A stretch of DNA of 64,000 bases from Candidatus Marinacidobacterales bacterium (GCA_965226495.1 OZ245365.1:5312001-5376000); one strand, 5' to 3'; positions 36,292 to 47,150 are shown, counted from the stretch's first letter. A program made the numbers and translations. Notes: a model not told the origin generated them from the letters alone.

Positions 36292-37797
36292 TCATAATCG
36301 GCTACTCTCATCGGCCCATCGGCGTACGTGGCCCGCAAGCAAGTGCGGGTTCGAGAACTGGCGCACGAAGATGTCGAGGTAGACCTGTTCCTCGCTGTTG
36401 CGGGCCGGAGCGGCGGGCTCCACGTCAGCGATGAATCCGCGCAAGATCGCGCCCATTCTCTCGACGATGCCGGTGCCCTCGTCGAACTGGGCCTTCCGGC
36501 GCCAGAGAATATCGGCGGGCAGGAGGTCCTCACAAGCCTTTCTCAGAATCCACTTCTCTGTTGCCTTCGGAGATGGCGCTGGGTAGAGCTTGAGCTCGGC
36601 GGGAATGCGGAAGGCCAGGTCGATCATGGAAAGATCTAGAAAGGGGACACGGCCCTCGACACAATGCGCCATGGTCATCCGATCCACCCGCTGCAGATTG
36701 ATGTTGTGCATGGAGCCGACGGAACGACGCAGCTCGTCCTGTAGTGTCTTCGCCCGGTTAGTGTAGTCCTTGTAGTACGCATAACCTGCAAAAAGCTCAT
36801 CTGCTCCCTCACCGGTTAGGATCACTTTGACGTAGTCCGACGCCAGGCGTGCAGTGAAGTAGCAGGGAATGGCGGAGCGTACCAGGTCCAGATCGAACGA
36901 CTCCAGGTGATAGAGGATCTCCGGGAGCTTGGCGCGGACCTCATTCTCGTTCAGGACGTACTCGTGGTGAACGGTATCGAGAATACGAGAGAGATACCGC
37001 GCCGCTTCGAGATCATCGCTTCCCGCGAAGCCGACGCTGAACGTGTGGAGCTCGGAGACGTGCTGGCGAGCGATCGCAGTTACGATGCCGCTGTCGAGAC
37101 CCCCGGAAAGGAACGCGCCGACGGGAACATCACTCATCAGACGCTTTTGGACGGCGTCTTCGATGGTGGCTCTCACCGCTAAGGCCAAGGCGTCTGGGTC
37201 GGCCTGACTTTGCGGGTTCGGTTCATGCTCTGGGAGCTCGTAGTAAGGTTGGAAGCCCGTCTCTGAGTGAAACCACGTGCCCGCCGGAAACTCCTGTGCC
37301 CGAGAAACTCTCGAAGGAAAGGCCTTGAGCTCGGAAGCAAACAGCAGTCGGCCATCGTCCTTTGCTACATAGAGAGGCTTGATGCCCACTGGATCGCGCG
37401 CCGCGTACAAGTGCTTGCCGTCAGCAATGACAAAGGCGAACATCCCATCAAGGCTTGTCGGTAGAGTGACCCCCTCCGCGTCGTACAGGTGAAGGGCAGC
37501 TTCGGTGTCGCTTCCGGTGTGGAAGCAGTAGCGCCCGGCTAAACTGCGCCGAATCTCCGGCAAGTTGTAGATCTCGCCATTGCCGACGATAGCTCTCCCA
37601 GTGTCCGATCGGATCGGTTGATCACCCCCCGCGGGATCCATGATGGAAAGGCGACGGTGCCCCAAGGTGCCGTGCTCGTTCGCGAATTTGCCGGCCGCAT
37701 CCGGGCCCCGGTGAGCGAGGCTCGCCATCATGCGATCGACGAGCTTCGCATCTTCTGCCGTCGCGGGGGTTCCCCATACTCCAGCGATGCCACACAT
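36292..37797 (-). CDS. asnB: Asparagine synthase (glutamine-hydrolysing) family amidotransferase
   Basis: MCGIAG Ntn start; HRGPD, NGEIYN, LSGGLDS and TGEGADELFAGY motifs. Confidence 0.9.
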   Translation of the reverse strand: MCGIAGVWGTPATAEDAKLVDRMMASLAHRGPDAAGKFANEHGTLGHRRLSIMDPAGGDQPIRSDTGRAIVGNGEIYNLPEIRRSLAGRYCFHTGSDTEAALHLYDAEGVTLPTSLDGMFAFVIADGKHLYAARDPVGIKPLYVAKDDGRLLFASELKAFPSRVSRAQEFPAGTWFHSETGFQPYYELPEHEPNPQSQADPDALALAVRATIEDAVQKRLMSDVPVGAFLSGGLDSGIVTAIARQHVSELHTFSVGFAGSDDLEAARYLSRILDTVHHEYVLNENEVRAKLPEILYHLESFDLDLVRSAIPCYFTARLASDYVKVILTGEGADELFAGYAYYKDYTNRAKTLQDELRRSVGSMHNINLQRVDRMTMAHCVEGRVPFLDLSMIDLAFRIPAELKLYPAPSPKATEKWILRKACEDLLPADILWRRKAQFDEGTGIVERMGAILRGFIADVEPAAPARNSEEQVYLDIFVRQFSNPHLLAGHVRRWADESSRL

Positions 37798-39356
37798 TAC
37801 CGCACGAGTCCTTGTTGTCGGAGAAACTCGCTGGCTACGGACTCAAGGCGGCGCTTGTTCTCGTCCACCTCGGCATTCAGTCGGCGCATCGTGGTGTCGT
37901 CGATACGACCACCCAAATCTGCCAGCTCCCGACGGAGCTCGGGCCAGCGTTCGAGGACCTCGCGTCGCGCCACTGGTGCAGCTTGGTACGGCGGAAAGTA
38001 CGAAGCATCGTCCATCAAAGTCTGGAGCTCGTAGGCATCAATCCGCCCGTCGGTGGCGAAGGCCGCGATGGCGTCGACTTGCTTTCCGGCGAGAGCGGCG
38101 TACATCAACGCCGGGTCGAAATCGCGCACCTCGGCGAACTCGAAACCGTACTGGCGGCTCAAACCTGGGTAGCCGTCCGCTCGCTCGGCAAACTCGGAGG
38201 TGAATCCCGCACGCAGGCGTGGCGCGTCTCGAGCGAGATCGGAAATGGTAGCCCATTTGCGCCGCTGAGCATCGTCGCGCCGTACCGCGATCGTGTAGCT
38301 ATTGTTGAAACCCAGTGGTTCCAGCCACTCCAAATCGAAGCGCTCACGATACTCTTTGGTAACAATAGCCCACACATCGTCAGAGGATTCCGGCATCTCC
38401 AGATTCAAGACAGCCGCGAGCGCCGTGCCTGAATACTCCACGTAGAGATCGAGCTCACCCGATACGAGCGCCTCGTGGCAGATCATCGTCCCGCCGAGGT
38501 TCGGGTATCGATCCACTCCAAGGTCGGTGCGCGCTTCCACGAGCTGCGCGATAATTTCCGCCAAGAGGAGCTGCTCCGTGAAATTCTTGCTCCCGATACG
38601 GACCACGCCCTTCCGGGGCGCTGCCGTAGGTGGGCCTGCCGAGTCACCGAGACCGAGGGAAAGCGCTGCGAGCAGGACCAGCAGCAGTGGTGAGCATGCG
38701 GCGACAGGTTTGAGACGCGCTTTCCAAGCGCCTCGTTCCCCCCGCCGGGGGGCTCGAAATCCCCAAGCGGCCGCTCCCAAGCTGAAGTCCACCGCGAGTG
38801 CAAGGATGGCCGCCGGAATGGCACCGAGAAGGATGAGATCGTAGCGCGCGAGTGCCAAGCCGCGGTTGATGAACTGTCCCAGTCCACCAGCCCCGATGAA
38901 GGCCGAAAGCGTCGCGATGCCGACACCCACCACCGCGGCGGTCCGTATCCCAGCAACGATGATCGGCGCCGCCAACGGAAGTTCTACAATGACGAGACGT
39001 TGGCGCGAGCTCATCCCCACACCGTCGGCGGCCTCGGCGATCGACGGCGAGATGTTCTCGAAGCCCGCGAGCGTGTTGCGCACGATCGGCAACAATGCGT
39101 AGAGGGATAGGGCCGTGACGGCCGGGAAAGCCCCGATCTGCCGGAACAGGACGAGAAGAAGCGCCAGCATGGCGAGACTCGGAATCGTCTGAAAAATGCT
39201 GACGGTGCTCACCACCACGCCCCGCAGAGCACGGTGCCGTGCGGCGAGAATACCCAGGGGGATCCCCACGACGATAGCGAACAAAGTCGATGCGCCGGTG
39301 AGCACCAGGTGCTCGCCTGTCCTCAGCCATAGCTCAGCCCAGCGTGAGGCGTCCAT
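37797..39356 (-). CDS. Osmoprotectant ABC transporter permease fused to substrate-binding domain (Opu/OsmF type)
   Basis: QTIPSLAML, GAGGLG, IGSKNFTEQ, EYSGT and FPPY motifs. Confidence 0.92.
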   Translation of the reverse strand: MDASRWAELWLRTGEHLVLTGASTLFAIVVGIPLGILAARHRALRGVVVSTVSIFQTIPSLAMLALLLVLFRQIGAFPAVTALSLYALLPIVRNTLAGFENISPSIAEAADGVGMSSRQRLVIVELPLAAPIIVAGIRTAAVVGVGIATLSAFIGAGGLGQFINRGLALARYDLILLGAIPAAILALAVDFSLGAAAWGFRAPRRGERGAWKARLKPVAACSPLLLVLLAALSLGLGDSAGPPTAAPRKGVVRIGSKNFTEQLLLAEIIAQLVEARTDLGVDRYPNLGGTMICHEALVSGELDLYVEYSGTALAAVLNLEMPESSDDVWAIVTKEYRERFDLEWLEPLGFNNSYTIAVRRDDAQRRKWATISDLARDAPRLRAGFTSEFAERADGYPGLSRQYGFEFAEVRDFDPALMYAALAGKQVDAIAAFATDGRIDAYELQTLMDDASYFPPYQAAPVARREVLERWPELRRELADLGGRIDDTTMRRLNAEVDENKRRLESVASEFLRQQGLVR

Positions 39357-40117
39357 CAGGTGAGCACGTTGGCGATCACGTGCTGCTGCTCTCGGATTCG
39401 TCCGACGAGTTGCTCGACGTACGCGGTCGCGGGCCGTCGAAGAACCTCCTGCGGAGCGCCCACTTGTTCGAGCCGGCCCTCGTGCAGGACGGCGATACGA
39501 TCCCCAAGCCTGATGGCCTCGAAGACGTCATGGGTTACGAACAAGATCGTCTTGTGAAACCTTTTCTTGAGCGCCAGCAACTCTTGTTGAAGCTCGTCTC
39601 GGGTCACGGCGTCGAGGGCACCAAAGGGCTCGTCCATAAGCAGCTGCGCCGGATCGGCAGCGAGGGCGCGCGCAACACCGACTCTCTGCTGTTGACCTCC
39701 GGAGAGCTCCTCCGGAAAGCGCTCTCCGTAGACGGAAGGCGCAAGTCCCACGAGCTCCAGCATTTCATGCGCTCGATGTCGCTGGTCGGTCGAGTGGAAT
39801 CCCAGAAGCCTTGGAACGATGCCGACGTTTTGCTCCACTGTCAGGTGCGGAAAAAGGCCGATACCCTGGAAGACATACCCGAGGGAGCGGCGCAGAGCGA
39901 TGGGGTCCATTGTGGCCGTGTTGTGGTTGTTGACGACGACGGTGCCACTCGTTGGCTGGACGAGGCCATTCACCATCTTGAGGAGCGTGGTCTTTCCGGA
40001 CCCCGAAGACCCTAACAGCACGAGCGTTTCACCATCCGAAACCTCGAGGCTGAGAGCGTGGACGGCGAAGCTGCCCCCACCGTCGAAGGATTTGGAGACG
40101 TTCCGAAACGCGATCAC
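39356..40117 (-). CDS. Osmoprotectant ABC transporter ATP-binding protein
   Basis: GSSGSGKT, LSGGQQQRVG and MDEPFGALD motifs. Confidence 0.93.
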   Translation of the reverse strand: MIAFRNVSKSFDGGGSFAVHALSLEVSDGETLVLLGSSGSGKTTLLKMVNGLVQPTSGTVVVNNHNTATMDPIALRRSLGYVFQGIGLFPHLTVEQNVGIVPRLLGFHSTDQRHRAHEMLELVGLAPSVYGERFPEELSGGQQQRVGVARALAADPAQLLMDEPFGALDAVTRDELQQELLALKKRFHKTILFVTHDVFEAIRLGDRIAVLHEGRLEQVGAPQEVLRRPATAYVEQLVGRIREQQHVIANVLT

Positions 40118-40947
40118 TGCAGGCGCGGTGAATCCGCCCCTTTCAGTAAAGAAAGTGGAATCTGCTTCTGCTTGGTCGCGATCATGGCGACGTAGTAGAT
40201 GGGCCGGCCATCGATCGCCAGCCGATGCCGGTACCGTCGATATGCCTCGATCCGAATCAACTCGCTGCGGCGGAGCTCCCGGACGAGGCGTGCGAAACCA
40301 GATTCATCCCGCTCATAGAGGAAGTCCTCCTTGATGTTGAAGGCGAGCCAACCCGGGGTGGAGATAAGAGAAAGTGCAGTAGCGAAGGCCTTGGGAGGGA
40401 TGTCGCCAAAGCCCAGCGTCGCCACCGTGGACAAGCAATTGAGCTCCTTGGAGACTAGCCGCCGGGCCGTGTCTTCCGACAAATCCGTCATGTCGGTGAC
40501 GAAGTACTCTTGATAGACTCCTTTTCGGTCGCGCAACGCCGCCGACCGGGCTTCCGGGATGATGTCGACGCCTACGAGGGTCTTCACACCGAGGGTATGG
40601 AGCTCGTCGCCGACCATTCCGTTGCCAGCCCCCAAATCGAGCACCCTCAAATCCTCCTGCCTCTGACCGTGTTCTCGTATGACATCTGCAAGGAGTCGGC
40701 TCACCCGGAACGGAGAGCTGCACTTGAGACGGTCGTAGAAGAGTTGTTCGTAGAGTCCCGGGATTTCGTAGATCGAGGCGTAATCATGAAAGCGGATTTT
40801 CTTGAGGCTACCTTCCACGCTTACGACGCACCACTCCTCGTCCTGCGAAAGACGCCCATCGCTCTTCGTCGGGAGCTGGATCGCCTCGATGCTCGTTTCC
40901 ATCGTCGAAAGCCGTTCCTTCCACACTGTCTCCGAGGTCGTGGTCAT
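40114..40947 (-). CDS. Class I SAM-dependent methyltransferase
   Basis: VLDLGAGNG and VGVDI motifs; 4-nt overlap with the ATPase gene. Confidence 0.85.
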   Translation of the reverse strand: MTTTSETVWKERLSTMETSIEAIQLPTKSDGRLSQDEEWCVVSVEGSLKKIRFHDYASIYEIPGLYEQLFYDRLKCSSPFRVSRLLADVIREHGQRQEDLRVLDLGAGNGMVGDELHTLGVKTLVGVDIIPEARSAALRDRKGVYQEYFVTDMTDLSEDTARRLVSKELNCLSTVATLGFGDIPPKAFATALSLISTPGWLAFNIKEDFLYERDESGFARLVRELRRSELIRIEAYRRYRHRLAIDGRPIYYVAMIATKQKQIPLSLLKGADSPRLQ

Positions 40948-41249
40948 GAAAGTTCGCCTTCCTTTCCGGTGGGTCGAGCAAGAAGTAGTTGAGGTTACTT
41001 ACAGCTGAGCGGCGATGATACATCGACCACGTAAGGATTGGCAACCCCTTTCTGTGTCCCCCTTGATTAGCATCGACATAAACAACCACACCACAGTTAC
41101 TTACGACTAGTTCGACGAGTCGGGGAACTCTGTTATAGTTTCGACTACGATGGGTTTCAGGGGGCAGCTCATCGTTTTTTGGGGCACCTGAAGCGACTGC
41201 TGTTTCGACCGCCCAGCCCCTTTTCGACCAGGCAACGGCACACGGTGTT

Positions 41250-41459
41250 ATGAAGCCCGGCAGTGACCTTGGCGACTACGAGCGGATCGGTGTGCTCGTG
41301 GCTCGAAAGAGCAACCTGCTGGCCGTCGTCGCTGACCTCAAGTACGTGCCCTTGTTCAACGACATCCGGTCCGAGCCCCGCTTTCAGGCACTCATCGAAC
41401 GATTCGACTTCCCCGAGCAACGTTCTCCCGCAAGCGCGGGTGCTTCCTTTTCCAGGTAG
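41250..41459 (+). pseudogene. C-terminal relic of a TPR-containing kinase/adenylate-cyclase-type protein
   Basis: LKYVPLFNDIRSEPRFQALIERFDFP matches the common DPxFDxLRSDPRFxxL terminus. Confidence 0.5.
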
Positions 41460-41621
41460 CGCCTCGGAATCGTCCGGGTTGCCCCAAACCTTCGATTCCT
41501 GCCGCCTCAGCAACCTTCGCTCATATGACGCCATCGGCTGCCCCGCGGATTTTCGCTATCCTTGGCTTCATGGGACAATCTCGTCCGGACGAGGTTTTCC
41601 GTCTCGAGATGCAAGGCATAC

Positions 41622-42179
41622 GTGGTTGAAATCGTTCACACCATCGAGCCCGCGGCGAGCGGCCGGGCAAGCTGTCGCGGCTGCGGTGAGAAGATCGCCA
41701 AGGGCGAGCTAAGGCTCGGCGCCCGCCTGCCGAACCCATATGCCGATGGTGAGCTCACGCTCTGGTTTCATCTCGCCTGCGGCGCGTACAAACGGCCCGA
41801 GCCCTATCTGGAAGCGGCGCGGAGCACCACCGAAACCATCGACAACCCCGAGCGGCTCGAGACCGAAGCAAAGCGAAGCTTGGAGTACAGGCGCCTCCCC
41901 CGTCTCAACGGAGCCGACCACGCCCCCTCCGGCCGGGCGCGCTGTCGAAGTTGCCGGGAGCCGATCGAAAAAAACACCTGGCGCATCTCGGTCGTGTACT
42001 ACGACGAGGAAGTGGGCCGTTTCGAGCCGTCCGGGTTCATCCACGCGAAGTGCGCCAAAGACTATTTCGGCACCAACGACGTCATCGACCGCCTGAAGCA
42101 TTTTTCTCCGACACTCGGAGAGAGCGACGTGGATGAAATTCGAAGCGAGTTGAAAGATTCGGCCGAATCTACATCGTAG
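41622..42179 (+). CDS. Protein with two PARP-type zinc fingers; start uncertain
   Basis: IEPAASGRASCRGC..KIAKGELRLG..WFHLAC and APSGRARCRSC..IEK..RI..FIHAKC. Confidence 0.82.
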   Translation: MVEIVHTIEPAASGRASCRGCGEKIAKGELRLGARLPNPYADGELTLWFHLACGAYKRPEPYLEAARSTTETIDNPERLETEAKRSLEYRRLPRLNGADHAPSGRARCRSCREPIEKNTWRISVVYYDEEVGRFEPSGFIHAKCAKDYFGTNDVIDRLKHFSPTLGESDVDEIRSELKDSAESTS

Positions 42180-43577
42180 CTAATTTTTTTGCTCGAAGCT
42201 GTACAACGCGTCGTAGGTTCGGATGTAGAGTTTTCCGTCGACGATGGCGGGCGTAGACTTGGAACCCTCATCCATTGCGTTGACGGCTAGGAGCTCCCAC
42301 TGCGCTCCCGCGCGGATGACGGCCACTTTGCCTTCTTCGCTGACCGCATAAATTTTTCCATCGGAGGCCACTGGCGACGCGTAGTAGGCTCCAAGGGCAC
42401 CGCTAAGCCGTGCTCGTTTCAAGATCTCCCCGGTCTCAGGATCGAAAGACGTCAGGATGCCGCCTTCCTTCAAGGTATATAGGACACCGCGATAGAGAAG
42501 CGGCGAGGGAACGTTGGGAAGCGAGCTCGAGTCCTTCCACATGAAGTTCCGCTCCGTCATGTCGCCTTCGCCACCGAGACGGTACGCCCAGAGCGCGTTC
42601 ATACCCTCACGACGCATGCGGAACTGGTTCCAGTCGCGCTCTTCGAGAAATCCCGAGTCGTCCAAGTCCAGGTACTCGTCGAAGCGGCCTATCGCTTTCT
42701 CGTCGATGATCTCCTCTTTGGAAAGTTTTCCGTCGCCGTTGTCGTCCAGCTGCTCGAGGGCCCGCGGGAAAGGTGGGACGATCTCCTGCTCACCGGGATC
42801 CGACTCGCCCGCGCGCGTCACGACGTAGACCGCATCGGCCGTCAAAACCGGCGTCGGCTTGATCTGCCATGGAAACCCGCGGATCCACCACACCAGCTTC
42901 CCGGTCGCGACGTCGTAGACATTCAACTGGTAGGAGCCAATCACGAGCACCTGAAGCCCCCCCTCGGGAGGCCGGTAGAGTACAGGTGTGGCGTAGCCTC
43001 GCTGCGCGTGGGGGCGCGCGGTCCTCCAAACAACCCGACCGGTCGCTTTGTCGACGGCGATGAAAAACGACCCCTCGTCCTGGTCGCAGACCTGGAGCAC
43101 CAAATCCCCCACGAGGATCGGGGAGGAACCGTGGCCGAAAGGATTGTTGAACGGCCCGAGAGGCAGCCGCCACAGCTCGTCGCCGTCGGGCCCATACGAG
43201 AGCAATCCGAAGTCGGCAAAGAAAACGTAAACGCTCTTCCCATCCGTGGCCGGCGTTGGAGAAGCGGGATGGTTGCTTTCCTGGAGCTCCTGCCGGCGCG
43301 GGCGCGGCGCTTGGCGCCGCCACAAAACGCGACCTGTCTCCCGGTCGAGAGCAAAGGTAAAGAGTTTCTCGTCCTCGACGCCGGTCAGGAAAATGCGGTT
43401 GCCCCCGATCGATGGTGAGGACAGCCCCTTGGGGATCGCTGTCTTCCAGACGACGTTCGAGCTCGGACCGAATTGCACCGCAAGGCTCGTCTCTTCCGCC
43501 ACGCCGGCCGCGTTCACTCCGCGAAACTGCGGCCAATCTTGTGCAACTCCCAGGACGATCACCAGCAAAGTCCACAT
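42180..43577 (-). CDS. PQQ-binding-like beta-propeller protein with EF-hand-like insert
   Basis: DWPQFRG, repeated TG..VW blades, DDNGDGKLSKEE and DLDDSGFLEERD. Confidence 0.85.
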   Translation of the reverse strand: MWTLLVIVLGVAQDWPQFRGVNAAGVAEETSLAVQFGPSSNVVWKTAIPKGLSSPSIGGNRIFLTGVEDEKLFTFALDRETGRVLWRRQAPRPRRQELQESNHPASPTPATDGKSVYVFFADFGLLSYGPDGDELWRLPLGPFNNPFGHGSSPILVGDLVLQVCDQDEGSFFIAVDKATGRVVWRTARPHAQRGYATPVLYRPPEGGLQVLVIGSYQLNVYDVATGKLVWWIRGFPWQIKPTPVLTADAVYVVTRAGESDPGEQEIVPPFPRALEQLDDNGDGKLSKEEIIDEKAIGRFDEYLDLDDSGFLEERDWNQFRMRREGMNALWAYRLGGEGDMTERNFMWKDSSSLPNVPSPLLYRGVLYTLKEGGILTSFDPETGEILKRARLSGALGAYYASPVASDGKIYAVSEEGKVAVIRAGAQWELLAVNAMDEGSKSTPAIVDGKLYIRTYDALYSFEQKN

Positions 43578-43661
43578 CGCCCCGCGACTCTATCGCGAGT
43601 GATATCATCCCGCCATCGTGATGTTACTGAATTCGTCTCAGGCTACCGTCGCGGTCCCGTC

Positions 43662-44348
43662 ATGCGCTATGACACCCTGCTCTTCGATCTAGACCACACC
43701 TTGTTCGACTCCGAGACCTGCGAGATCGAGGCATTCGAGGAAACGCTCCGAGCCATAGGGGTCGATGATCCCCTCCGACATCACGAGACCTACGTTCGAA
43801 TCAACAAGCCGCTGTGGTCCTCCGTGGAGCGCGGTGAAATCACTCCGGACGATGTGCGGGTGACTCGGTTCGAACGCCTAATCGCCGAAATCGGACTCGA
43901 TGCGAACCCCGAGTGTCTGGCCGAGGGCTTTGAACTCGGGCTCGGCGCCAAAGGTGATCTTTACCCCGGCGCCCGCGAAATACTCGAGCAGCTCGATCAG
44001 CGAGCCACGCTGGCCTTGATTACCAACGGGCTAAGCGGCGTGCAGCGAGCCCGAATCGAGCGTCTGGACATCGGAAAGTACTTCGATGCGATCGCGATCT
44101 CGGCCGAGGTCGGAGCCTCGAAACCGGGCACCGAGATTTTCGACGCGACGTTTCGAGCCCTCGGCTCCCCTCCAAAGGAAACAGCGCTCATGGTCGGCGA
44201 CAGCCTCACCTCAGATATCCGTGGGGGAGCGAGCTACGGAATCGCAACTTGCTGGTATAACCCCAAAGGGAAGACCGCCGACCCCGATGCCGGGGTGAAC
44301 CATGAGATTACCCGGCTCGATCAGCTCCCACCGATTGCCACCAGTTAG
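43662..44348 (+). CDS. HAD hydrolase, YjjG-like nucleotidase
   Basis: FDLDHTL, ITNG, KP and MVGDSLTSDI motifs. Confidence 0.88.
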   Translation: MRYDTLLFDLDHTLFDSETCEIEAFEETLRAIGVDDPLRHHETYVRINKPLWSSVERGEITPDDVRVTRFERLIAEIGLDANPECLAEGFELGLGAKGDLYPGAREILEQLDQRATLALITNGLSGVQRARIERLDIGKYFDAIAISAEVGASKPGTEIFDATFRALGSPPKETALMVGDSLTSDIRGGASYGIATCWYNPKGKTADPDAGVNHEITRLDQLPPIATS

Positions 44349-45326
44349 CTAAGCGCCGGACCATGGCGGCAATGATTCGAGATCCACATTACCTCCCGAT
44401 AAGATAACTCCTATTTTCCCGGCACCGGTGGGGATCTTATTCTCGAGAAGCGCAGCAACTGGCACCGCGGCGCTCGGTTCGATGACGATCTTCATCGTCT
44501 CCCAAACGCGCCGCATGGCGTGCAGGATCTCAGCCTCGGAGACCGTGACGATGTCCGTCACGTGACGGGCAATGATCGGAAACGTGTGCTCACCGAGGGA
44601 CGTGCGCAGACCGTCGGCGATGGTTTGGGGGTTGGTTTGCGGCACGATGACACCCTGTCTAAGAGATTGTTGCGCATCATCGGCGCCCTCCGGTTCGCAA
44701 CCGATGACCTTGGTTTTCGATCCCCGTGTCGCAGCGGCCAGGCAGGTTCCGCTCAAGAGTCCTCCTCCTCCCACTGGTGAGAGAAGCAGGTCGAGGTCAG
44801 AAACCTCTTCCAGTAGCTCGACCGCACACGTCGCTTGGCCCGCGATCGTCCTGAGATCGTTGTAGGGGTGCACCAGGTTGGCACCGGTTCGCTCTTGGAT
44901 GGCGTCGGTGGTCGCGTCGTATTCCTCGGAGGTCGGAATCCGATCCTTCGATTCGACCCATACGATATTGCCACCGTAGCGCTCGACCGCGGCAACTTTC
45001 GACTTGACCGCTACTTTCGGCATGGCGATGTAGGCCTTGACGCCCCGCGAACGAGCCGCCAATGAAACCGCGGCCGCCTGATTACCCGAAGAGCTGGTGA
45101 CGATCCCCCGTTTCGCGTCTTCAGCGGATAGCGACAACACGGCGTTGAATGCGCCTCGTACCTTGAAGGCACCGCTTTTCTGGAAGTTCTCGCACTTGAA
45201 GAAAAGCAGCGCGCCGACGTCATCGCCGAGCGTCTGGCTCGTCAATACCGGCGTCCGATGGATGTACGGTGCAATCCGCTCGTGCGCCGACGTAATCTCG
45301 TTGAGACCGATGGTATTGTCAGACAT
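44349..45326 (-). CDS. PLP-dependent serine racemase / threonine-serine dehydratase
   Basis: KCENFQKSGAFKVRG, SSGN, VGGGGL and ILSGGNVD motifs. Confidence 0.92.
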   Translation of the reverse strand: MSDNTIGLNEITSAHERIAPYIHRTPVLTSQTLGDDVGALLFFKCENFQKSGAFKVRGAFNAVLSLSAEDAKRGIVTSSSGNQAAAVSLAARSRGVKAYIAMPKVAVKSKVAAVERYGGNIVWVESKDRIPTSEEYDATTDAIQERTGANLVHPYNDLRTIAGQATCAVELLEEVSDLDLLLSPVGGGGLLSGTCLAAATRGSKTKVIGCEPEGADDAQQSLRQGVIVPQTNPQTIADGLRTSLGEHTFPIIARHVTDIVTVSEAEILHAMRRVWETMKIVIEPSAAVPVAALLENKIPTGAGKIGVILSGGNVDLESLPPWSGA

Positions 45327-45427
45327 ATCGGGTCCTCGTAATAAATGCTGACTACTGTCGCCGCTCGCTTGACCGGCGGGTGGGTGCCTCGTAGGATATC
45401 GCAGGCCTCACTAAAAAGGAGTTTCTG

Positions 45428-46940
45428 ATGAGCATTCTGTCGATGGCTCTTCCATTGTTTGCACTTCTAGGCACCCATGCCCAAGCGGAATCCAAACCTG
45501 GCCTCCTGGGTGGCTGCATTCTGACCTCACCCATCGGCGAGCTTCCAGTGGATCTCTATCAAGAAAGCGACGTCGTGGCGACCGACGAGTATGGGCCGTT
45601 CACGAAGAAGCTTTCCGTCTACGGGATAACACTCATTGCCCGCGATGATGCTTCCGATGCTTTTATGAAGAGAGTGGCCAAAACCATCAAGGAGATCTTC
45701 CCGCAGGACGAGAGGATGGATCATCATGGAATTGGGCAGTGAGCCCGGGCAGGTGATGGAAGTCGTAGAACACATCTTGCACTTCGTGAGCGATGTCGGA
45801 CTCCACTATACGTTCCCGAACGAATGGGGCATCTCGAAGAAATCGAAGCTCTGGGAAGCGATGCAGGAAGCCGTTGAGAAGGGTTATTACGATATCTCCT
45901 CCTATGCTGACATCGACGAGGAGAATGTCCGAGACCGAGTGACCCTTTCAGGAATTCGCGTATTGGGTCATCTCCACCGCCTGGAACCTTCAGGAACCAT
46001 ACGGCCCACAGGGTGAGGAAGAGTGGACAATCAAGAACGCCTCCGACCTCCAGGCCAAGCTCCCGGACTTTTATGAGGTGGGCGAGCAAACGGTCGGCAG
46101 GACCATGGTCGCACCGAGTTTGTCGACCTTGGAGAAGTTTGGTCCGAAAACAACTGACGCTGAAGCTCCAAAGTACAACATCGTCTACGCCGGACATAGC
46201 CAAAGACGCGACCGAGCTCTTCAGTTTCAACACTTCTGACGAGAAGACCTGACAACTGACTTCGTCGGTCGGTTTCGCGGGCTTTCCGGTCTGGTCACCG
46301 GTGGGCGACCGCATCGCCTTCCTGGCAGAAAAAGACGGCGCATGGATCTCGTCGCGATGGAAGTGAGCACTGGAGATATTTCGATTCTCATCGCGAACGT
46401 CAGCAATCCCGCCGACTGGGGACCCGAAGGTAAGCAGATGCTCATCACCAAAGATCTCGATGGAGACGGCCGTGGGCTTTTCATCGTTGACCTGACGAAC
46501 GGCAGCGAGAAACGCGTACAAACCGGAAGCTCGAAGGACGCCTATGCGCGGTGGTCGGAGTCCGGAGGAGCGATCACCTACGAATCGAGCCGCGACGGTA
46601 ATCCCGAGATCTACCGAACCGATCTCGAGACCGGAAAGACCACGCGGCTAACCCGAAACACGCACCTAGACGAGTGGCCTTCGTTCTCACCGAACGGAAG
46701 ACGCATCGCCTGGGCCTCGGGCAGTGAAGAGGAAAAAGACCTTTGGATCATGCAGGCCGACGGCTCGGAGAAGAAGCAGATCGGCCAGGGAATGCTTTTC
46801 GGCGACGCGTTTCCCGCATGGTCGCCCAGCGGTCGACAGATCGTCCTCACCGTGAGAGAGGACGACGTGTTCGTCCTGAAGCTGATTGACATAGAAACCG
46901 GGCACGTCACCCACCTCGGCGAGGGCGCCCAGCTCCTCCT
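45428..46940 (+). pseudogene. Fragmented exported protein with C-terminal TolB/PD40 repeats
   Basis: Signal peptide ORF followed by successive frame-shifted pieces (VVEHILH, QEFAYW, PVWSP, PSFSPNG, PAWSPSG). Confidence 0.6.
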
Positions 46941-46990
46941 GGCGCTGACTCCTCGATCATTCACACCCTGCAAACGATGGGTTAACGGCC

Positions 46991-47150
46991 ATGAAATCGA
47001 GAATCAACGAAATTCTCCGGTCGTTCCGAGAATTCGTAACCACGCACGACTACCGGAACACGCCAATCTTGACCGCCTGTATCGATGTCGATCCGACCAA
47101 CCCCGATAAGCAGAGGGAGCGGCCGGCCTGGCTGATCGAGCTCAAGGATC
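46991..47150 (+). pseudogene. N-terminal relic of a baeRF-type release-factor-like protein
   Basis: ILTACIDVDPTNPDKQ..PAWLIELKD, then loses similarity. Confidence 0.4.

Noticed and set aside
41095-41152. tagtt(t)cgac motifs upstream of the osmolyte operon as MarR operator
   Set aside because: Symmetry is too weak to call without comparative data.
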